From assembly GCA_016840465.1 (NCBI GenBank), contig JAEOSH010000005.1, positions 22,225 to 54,224 on the forward strand: a stretch of DNA of 32,000 nucleotides, read 5' to 3'. This DNA comes from Candidatus Baldrarchaeum yapensis. GTDB taxonomy: Archaea > Asgardarchaeota > Baldrarchaeia > Baldrarchaeales > Baldrarchaeaceae. Shown in pieces: positions 26,259 through 32,000 of this stretch (the first letter of the stretch is position 1; each line of letters begins with the position of its first letter). The position numbers and the translations under genes are program-made. The notes under the pieces were generated by a model. It worked only from the letters and a program-made list of their open reading frames with translations, searched no databases and was not told the DNA's origin.

Positions 26259-27392
26259 TTATTTCATGCCGTATCTTCTTTTTACCTCCCTGACCACTCG
26301 CGATACTCTTTTTAGCAATTCAATTGCGGCTATTGGCGGATATGCCCTAAGACCACATTCCGGACCTGCGAATATCACTCTTTCCTCTCCAAACTTTCTG
26401 ATATAATCAAGTAATCTGTTTTTCATGAGTTTTTCGTCCTCACACCAAATATCGACATCTATTTTTCCCTTCCTTGCATTACTCCACGCTTTAGCGACCT
26501 TCTCTTTGTCACCAAGTTTTTCTAGGAGCAGGTTGTCGATATCTGTCCTAGCAATCGGTGCCTTCAAAAATTTATCGTATTTTTCGAGATCTTTTTTCTC
26601 AATGTGCGCATCGGTATGTGCCTCTATTACATCTAAGCTTCTCACATCCCAGATAATGTCAGGACTTGCATGGATATGTATAGCACTGAAAACTCCATGA
26701 GATTTCGCGGGATGCATTACTCTTTCAAGGTTTTTCACTATAAGATCTCTCGTGTCTTCGTTTTCTAAATTTAAAGGCGGGGGTGAGAAAAGGAAACTTG
26801 GTTCGTCAAAGGTGACGACCACAGTTTTAGCGTACTTTGTGTTGATGATGGCGTTTTTTGCAATGACCGCTAATGAGCGCGAGATATCTTCCATGACGTG
26901 CAGGGTTCCGATAGCAAGAGATAGTTCGACAGGGCCCGTTATACAAACCTTAAACTCTATACGCCGAATTCCACAGCGTTCACAGATGTTTTTTGCATAT
27001 AGCCTTATAGCCTCAACTTCCGCGATCTTTCCTTCATCAACAAGCGATATTTTATCTAGTACTTCATATTTCCCCCTATCTGCTCTCCTAATACCTTTAA
27101 ACTTCTGTAAGAATTGGGATATCATATCTCTTAGCTGTGCGTAGCATGGAACCTCAATATCCGCAATTATTTTATTAATGAAATGCTCATTGTGTTTCTT
27201 TATGAAGTATAATGCTTGTTCTGGGAGCTCTCTACGCAACAGATATACCAGTGATGGTGTTTTTTCTAGAAGAACCGCGCCTTCGTTGTAAACATCGATT
27301 TTTATGTCCATGTGAGGGAGACTACCTACATCCAAACTTTTAAGAGAGAAGTCTTGAGTCATGCTTGCCCCCAAATGAAGAAGGACTTTCAT
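26259..27392 (-). CDS. Cobalamin-independent methionine synthase (MetE C-terminal/UROD-like) family protein
   Basis: VVVTFDEPSF resembles the MetE IQIDEPAL motif. HIHASP and FAGPECGLR resemble the MetE zinc-ligand His and PDCGL motifs. The size fits archaeal short MetE-like proteins. Confidence 0.55.
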   Translation of the reverse strand: MKVLLHLGASMTQDFSLKSLDVGSLPHMDIKIDVYNEGAVLLEKTPSLVYLLRRELPEQALYFIKKHNEHFINKIIADIEVPCYAQLRDMISQFLQKFKGIRRADRGKYEVLDKISLVDEGKIAEVEAIRLYAKNICERCGIRRIEFKVCITGPVELSLAIGTLHVMEDISRSLAVIAKNAIINTKYAKTVVVTFDEPSFLFSPPPLNLENEDTRDLIVKNLERVMHPAKSHGVFSAIHIHASPDIIWDVRSLDVIEAHTDAHIEKKDLEKYDKFLKAPIARTDIDNLLLEKLGDKEKVAKAWSNARKGKIDVDIWCEDEKLMKNRLLDYIRKFGEERVIFAGPECGLRAYPPIAAIELLKRVSRVVREVKRRYGMK

Positions 27393-27543
27393 ATGTTTAA
27401 AAAAGTAAATTCAACTGTTTGGTGTTAGCGTACCACCAATATTGCCGTTTCATAATATTGTTCAGAAAAAAAGAATTAATCATGTTAATTGTCGAATTTT
27501 GAGAACGAATAAAGTTAAAATTCTTCAGTGAAAGTAGTATGAA

Positions 27544-30153
27544 ATGTACACAGGATGCTATGATGAGAGGGTGACTCTCGTGCGTAGGGAACTCATAGGG
27601 CTAGTTGTTTCCTTTGCAATTCTAGTGCTCTTATTGTTCCCATATCCAGTGGCACTATCGCCCTTCTCCCTCTATAGTCTTGTAGACCCTATGTCAGGAG
27701 TATGGATCAATGCGTTGACAGCAAAGGTACCAGCAGAGGAAAAGATCGTACTTCCGGGAATCGATCATGAAGTCATTGTTGTCTTTGATAAGTATGGTGT
27801 TCCTCACTTCTTTGCAGAATCAGAGAAAGACTTAGCATACGCAATTGGCTACATACATGCACGGGACAGATTATGGCAAATGGATTTTCTTAGGCGTGTT
27901 GTCGAGGGGCGGTTAACAGAGATATTTGGTAATATCAGCGGCGTGTACGAGAGCGATCTGCTCTTTAGGATTGTTGGATTGAAAAGGGGAGCATATGAAT
28001 GCGAGAAACTTCTCAAAGAGAAGTTCCCTGACCTTTATGAACTACTTGAGGCGTATTCGGAGGGTGTTAATAGGGCAATAGAAGATATGAAACTTTCAAA
28101 GACATTACCCATAGAGTTTAAGCTGTTGAGATACGAACCGGAGCCCTGGACACCCCTGAACTCCTTAGAAATTGGAAGAATCATTGGTTGGGGATTAACT
28201 GGCACATTTGCAGATCTTTACTTATATTTGATTCTACAGAAATTCGGAATTAACGATACCCTTCAACTGATGCCCATTGACAGGTACAAGGAAGTATACA
28301 TTGTCAAGCCAGGCTATAAGGTTACATTAGGAAACGTAACAAAGCCTAAGGCAATTTCAAATATGGAATTGCATCTCCCCGATTTTGACGAGAAAGCCGT
28401 AGAGGAATTGCTCGAATGGAAGAGGAAGACGGACATATGGTTTTTACCGATAAAAGAAGCTTTTGCCTCAAACAACTGGGTAATCAGCGGGTTCTACACA
28501 AATACTGGGAAACCTCTACTGTGTAACGACCCTCACCTTTCCCTAACGGTTCCTCCTGTGTGGTATGAGGTACATTATGTTGTTAAGAGCGGCGATGAGA
28601 TCTTTAACGTCAGAGGCGTCACATTCCCAGGAATTCCGATAGTCATAATTGGCAGTAATCAATACGTCGGCTGGGGCTTCACGAATGTAATGGCCGATCA
28701 GATAGATTTCTATTATTATGTGTGGAAGAACGATACTCACTACTGGTATAAGGATGCGTGGCATAAAATAAGGCAAGTAAAGGAAGTTTTCCGAATAAAA
28801 ACTGATGCAGGATTCGTAGAGAAAGTTATATACATAAACTTCACCGTTCATGGGCCTTTACTCGAGATGAAAATCGATGGAAAGAGGTACAGGTTTGCAG
28901 TCCGCTGGATGGGACAAAACGCAACGACAGAGGCATATGCTTTGTGGAAATACGCTCATGCACATGATATCTACGAGTTTCTCAGTTATACTAACTACTT
29001 CCAGATGCCCCCGCAGAACCACGTATTCGCTGACATATATGGAAATATAGGCTGGAGAGCGTGCGGAAGGTATCCGAATAGAACCTTCCCCAATGGAACA
29101 AATGCTGTACAGTTTAATCCGCTAATTCCACGTCTTCCAATTAACGGAAGCGATCCTAACGTGATAGAATGGAATGATAGCGATTGGATAGAGCCCTGGG
29201 AGGCGCCCCAGTTAATAAATCCGCCATGGGGCTATATAGTAACTGCAAACAATAAGGCGGCAAATGTAAGCGATTACCCGTATATCTACGACATTGCATG
29301 GACATGGGCGGACTATTACAGGGCATCACGCATTCAAGAGTTGATAAACGAAACTATTAATGAAAAGGGATATGTAACCATAGAGGATATGATGCGGATA
29401 CAAAATGATGTACTTCTCGTGCTTGCACGGTCTCTCAAAGAATTCTTGGCCGATGTTGCTGGAAGATACGGCTACGAGAATATAAAGAACTTGATTGAGA
29501 ACTGGGACTGCAGGATGACTATAAATTCAACTGCAGCAACTATCTTCGTTGTATGGTATGATTACTACAAGAATTTTACGTTCTCCGACGAGTTCAGAGA
29601 GAAATTTGAGAGCAAAGATCTACAGAATCTATGGATGGAGTTGCCTGACAACACATTGGAACACTTCACATTAACAAACAAGTCTTGGAAGTGGTTCAAT
29701 GATGTTGGTACAAAGGAGAGAGAAAATGCCACTACTATTGCTGGAAAGGCTCTAAAAGCTGCTATTGAGTATCTAAAGAAATACTTTGGAACAGATGATA
29801 TTAATGAATGGAAGTTTGGGAAGTTGCATAAATTAAATGCACAACATGCCATGGGATCGACGCTTAAATGGTTAAACTATCCGAATTGGGAAGCGCTTGG
29901 GTGGAGCAATTGTGTTAATAATATAGGCAGAAATGCTGACCATGGACCCTCATGGAGAGAAATTTTAGACTTTTCAGATCTTAATAACAGTCGTTGCATA
30001 ATTCCTGGAGGGCAGTCTGGTAATCCCTTCAGCGAACACTATTACGATCAGTTAAGGATGTGGCTTGATGGAGAGTACAAGAAAATGAGTTTCCCAGCGA
30101 CTCCAGAGGAGGTCGAAGATGCCGAGTCGATAATTCATTTCGTTCCGGGGTGA
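27544..30153 (+). CDS. Penicillin acylase / acyl-homoserine-lactone acylase family Ntn-hydrolase, secreted or membrane-anchored
   Basis: It has an N-terminal hydrophobic signal or anchor. FASNNWVISG contains the self-processing Ser-Asn-x-Trp nucleophile site of the beta subunit, followed by NDPHL. There is also a conserved IGYIHARDRLWQMD block. I count 17 N-x-S/T sequons. Confidence 0.85.
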   Translation: MYTGCYDERVTLVRRELIGLVVSFAILVLLLFPYPVALSPFSLYSLVDPMSGVWINALTAKVPAEEKIVLPGIDHEVIVVFDKYGVPHFFAESEKDLAYAIGYIHARDRLWQMDFLRRVVEGRLTEIFGNISGVYESDLLFRIVGLKRGAYECEKLLKEKFPDLYELLEAYSEGVNRAIEDMKLSKTLPIEFKLLRYEPEPWTPLNSLEIGRIIGWGLTGTFADLYLYLILQKFGINDTLQLMPIDRYKEVYIVKPGYKVTLGNVTKPKAISNMELHLPDFDEKAVEELLEWKRKTDIWFLPIKEAFASNNWVISGFYTNTGKPLLCNDPHLSLTVPPVWYEVHYVVKSGDEIFNVRGVTFPGIPIVIIGSNQYVGWGFTNVMADQIDFYYYVWKNDTHYWYKDAWHKIRQVKEVFRIKTDAGFVEKVIYINFTVHGPLLEMKIDGKRYRFAVRWMGQNATTEAYALWKYAHAHDIYEFLSYTNYFQMPPQNHVFADIYGNIGWRACGRYPNRTFPNGTNAVQFNPLIPRLPINGSDPNVIEWNDSDWIEPWEAPQLINPPWGYIVTANNKAANVSDYPYIYDIAWTWADYYRASRIQELINETINEKGYVTIEDMMRIQNDVLLVLARSLKEFLADVAGRYGYENIKNLIENWDCRMTINSTAATIFVVWYDYYKNFTFSDEFREKFESKDLQNLWMELPDNTLEHFTLTNKSWKWFNDVGTKERENATTIAGKALKAAIEYLKKYFGTDDINEWKFGKLHKLNAQHAMGSTLKWLNYPNWEALGWSNCVNNIGRNADHGPSWREILDFSDLNNSRCIIPGGQSGNPFSEHYYDQLRMWLDGEYKKMSFPATPEEVEDAESIIHFVPG

Positions 30154-30157
30154 TCGC

Positions 30158-30514
30158 ATGAAGAGGTACGGGTTTCTGGCATGCTTTCTAATAACACTAA
30201 TCTTAGCGGTATTGCTTGAACTCACAAGGATATGGGTACTCTTAATAGTAGCAGGGGTCATTGGAGGCTTCCTTTCAAAGAGTTTCCTAAGAGCAGTATT
30301 TGCCGGCTGCCTTGGAGTATTAGTATGCTGGCTCCTATATATTGCAGTGTTCTATACGCTTAATCCGTATGGTATGAGCATCGCGTTGAGCGTCTTTTCA
30401 CTATTCTTAGGACTTATGGTGGTACTTGGCGCAGTGCTTGGCGCGCTTAGCGCATCGCTGGGGTATTTCTTATCACAGGTGCTCATGCCGTCAGAGAAGG
30501 GGTCAGGGAAGTGA
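30158..30514 (+). CDS. Small membrane protein with about 4 TM segments, probably co-transcribed with the acylase
   Basis: ATG 30158 lies 4 nt after the acylase stop. The protein is strongly hydrophobic with 4 predicted TM segments. I recognise no family. Confidence 0.55.
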   Translation: MKRYGFLACFLITLILAVLLELTRIWVLLIVAGVIGGFLSKSFLRAVFAGCLGVLVCWLLYIAVFYTLNPYGMSIALSVFSLFLGLMVVLGAVLGALSASLGYFLSQVLMPSEKGSGK

Positions 30515-30522
30515 TACGAGAA

Positions 30523-30951
30523 TTACTCGACTTTTATCCTAACTCTTTTTCTTTTCTTTGAAGAATCTTCTTTCTCTTTAACCTCTCGTATAATGAAGGA
30601 TGATTGAGACTCTTCCTCTTTGATCGCTGGTATGCGGGACTCTTCTTTGGCTATTTCCCTTATGAGACTCGGTTCTGTGGACTCCTCGTCGAGTCCTATT
30701 ATTTTTGCATCAGGGTATTTGTTCTTTATTTCCCTACGTAATGCTTCCTTATCGACGTTACCATATGTCTGTACCCTTACTATTGGTCGTCCCGTTTCGT
30801 CATACGTTACCGAGATGGAGTATCCTCCTCCCATTGTCTCCATATCTGGGAACTCTTCAAACATAGATTCCATCCGTTCAAATATTTCGTCAAATAATCC
30901 AAATATGTCAAATGGGCTTCTTCTTTTCCGCCCTCTTGATCTTCTACTCAT
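30523..30951 (-). CDS. Hypothetical charged protein (basic N-terminus, FDIFGLFDEIFERMESMFEEF segment, Lys/Glu-rich tail)
   Basis: It is protein-like, whereas the antisense track ORF 30620..31054 is Ser-rich and low-complexity. I recognise no family. It shows only a loose resemblance to sHSP N-terminal regions and has no alpha-crystallin domain. Confidence 0.5.
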   Translation of the reverse strand: MSRRSRGRKRRSPFDIFGLFDEIFERMESMFEEFPDMETMGGGYSISVTYDETGRPIVRVQTYGNVDKEALRREIKNKYPDAKIIGLDEESTEPSLIREIAKEESRIPAIKEEESQSSFIIREVKEKEDSSKKRKRVRIKVE

Positions 30952-31421
30952 AAGGTTGCACCTCAGTTCTCATGTAAAAGTCTCAGGTAAAACCCTTACG
31001 GCAGTGGCGCTTAAGCGGCTCAGACGTCGCAGGCTTCCTCATCGATCAGGCTAGCAATCCCTCATCATTGCCATAATAGGTCTAACACTTATTCTTGACT
31101 CCCGTAAGTGAATATTTTTTACGGTGGATATCGAAGATGCATTAGGAGGATGCACATGAGGGACTTCTTTCTAGAGGTCTGATACTACTGCAACAAAATG
31201 TTTAAAAGATTCTTAATGTTAGTACCCCGAAGAGAGGGATCAAGATGAGGGTCTACCTTCCACGCTGATATGTGGAATACTTGTAGTTTCTCTCGTTTTC
31301 TGCATGAAATAGTGGGTACTGTATTAAGACGTCTGGAGGTGATCGTTCTTGGAGCGTGATCAAGTTCCAGTGTGGAGTGGCCGTGAAAAGGTCAAAGTTT
31401 GGAGAAAGTAAGGAGCTACTT

Positions 31422-32000
31422 ATGAGGAAGACCTTTGAAGTTTTGAATCTGGCACTTCGATCGGGACTCGATTATCTGTGCTTCGATTATGAGTGGAAGA
31501 AATATAATCTAACATGTGAGGATCTCGCTACCATCCTTGAAGAAATTGACAGCAATGATGGAAAACTCACAGTTATCTTCACAGTTGCTTCTCGTGCAAA
31601 TGAGTTCCTCATCGAAGGATCCGGTAAGGCAAATGTAGATTCCTTATTACAATTACTAGATTCGTATCCGGATCTACTAGCTCTGAACTTGGTGGCTGGG
31701 AATCCGGCATACTTATCAGAGGAGGAAAGAGGTCGGTCTGGATCGAGGACTCTTTACATACTTGGCGCTTATGTTGCCAGTCACGCTCCTACAAATGCAA
31801 AAATTCTCGTGGGTACAGAAAACGTACTTAAAACTGCCGTGAAACTGGCAGCGGAATTCGGATACATACCGTTTCATTTGTTTTCAGACAAATTGTCCAC
31901 CGAGTTGAACTATACGTTCAGTAGAACTAGTGGGGTTAGTGCATGTTATGTCCCCTATTCTTGTGTGCTTTCGGAAAGAGAAGTTGCATTGAAGATATGG
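31422..32000 (+). CDS. Partial CDS running off the window end and absent from the ORF track; tentatively methylenetetrahydrofolate-reductase-like
   Basis: My own translation from ATG 31422 (AAGGAG SD 6 nt upstream) gives 193 codons to position 32000 with no stop: MRKTFEVLNLALRSGLDYLCFDY...LLALNLVAGNPAYLSEEE...ILGAYVASHAP. An in-frame GTG at 31356 is an alternative start. The family call rests on weak resemblance to MetF motifs (NILALRGDP; AxyPExHP). Confidence 0.5.
   Translation, partial: MRKTFEVLNLALRSGLDYLCFDYEWKKYNLTCEDLATILEEIDSNDGKLTVIFTVASRANEFLIEGSGKANVDSLLQLLDSYPDLLALNLVAGNPAYLSEEERGRSGSRTLYILGAYVASHAPTNAKILVGTENVLKTAVKLAAEFGYIPFHLFSDKLSTELNYTFSRTSGVSACYVPYSCVLSEREVALKIW

Noticed and set aside
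27474-27490. Inverted repeat AATTAA-TCATG-TTAATT upstream of the acylase gene
   Set aside because: It has only 6-bp arms made entirely of A/T in an AT-rich promoter region, so it is easily expected by chance.
1-32000. Scan for CRISPR arrays, IS or transposase genes, integrases, toxin-antitoxin pairs and known defence genes
   Set aside because: I saw no regularly spaced direct repeats, no transposase- or integrase-like ORFs, and no defence-associated domains in any of the six frames provided.

Overview
This window looks like a gene-dense chromosomal region of an AT-rich, probably thermophilic archaeon. The evidence is a ThiD-ThiN fusion, a split GcvPA/GcvPB, a tungsten-type aldehyde:ferredoxin oxidoreductase, TATA-like boxes upstream of genes, and frequent GGAGGTGAT-type Shine-Dalgarno motifs. 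The content is mostly housekeeping and metabolic. It includes a polyprenol-kinase-like membrane protein, two GNAT acetyltransferases, a PRPP-synthetase-like protein and a circularly permuted GTPase. It also includes a Zn-ribbon-CPBP protease, a polyferredoxin plus AOR pair, ThiDN, an M24 peptidase and a BMP-type (nucleoside-like) ABC transporter operon. The remaining genes are a DUF362 protein, a flavin-reductase-like protein, a complete glycine-cleavage set (gcvPA/PB divergent from gcvT/H), a COG3199-like kinase, a metallophosphoesterase, an ECF-S-like membrane protein, a MetE-like protein, and a large secreted penicillin/AHL-acylase-family protein. I found no rRNA, tRNA, CRISPR array, transposase or recognisable defence system. 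The most unusual locus is 3.9-5.1 kb. It holds a sharply GC-rich, almost fully base-paired ~150-nt element that I could not assign to any RNA class. Next to it lie a multiply disrupted enoyl-CoA hydratase pseudogene and further decayed sequence. Other items are modest: candidate operators or hairpins, small unannotated ORFs, and a Cys-rich orphan protein. All functional calls rest on motifs read by eye from the translations. No database search was run.
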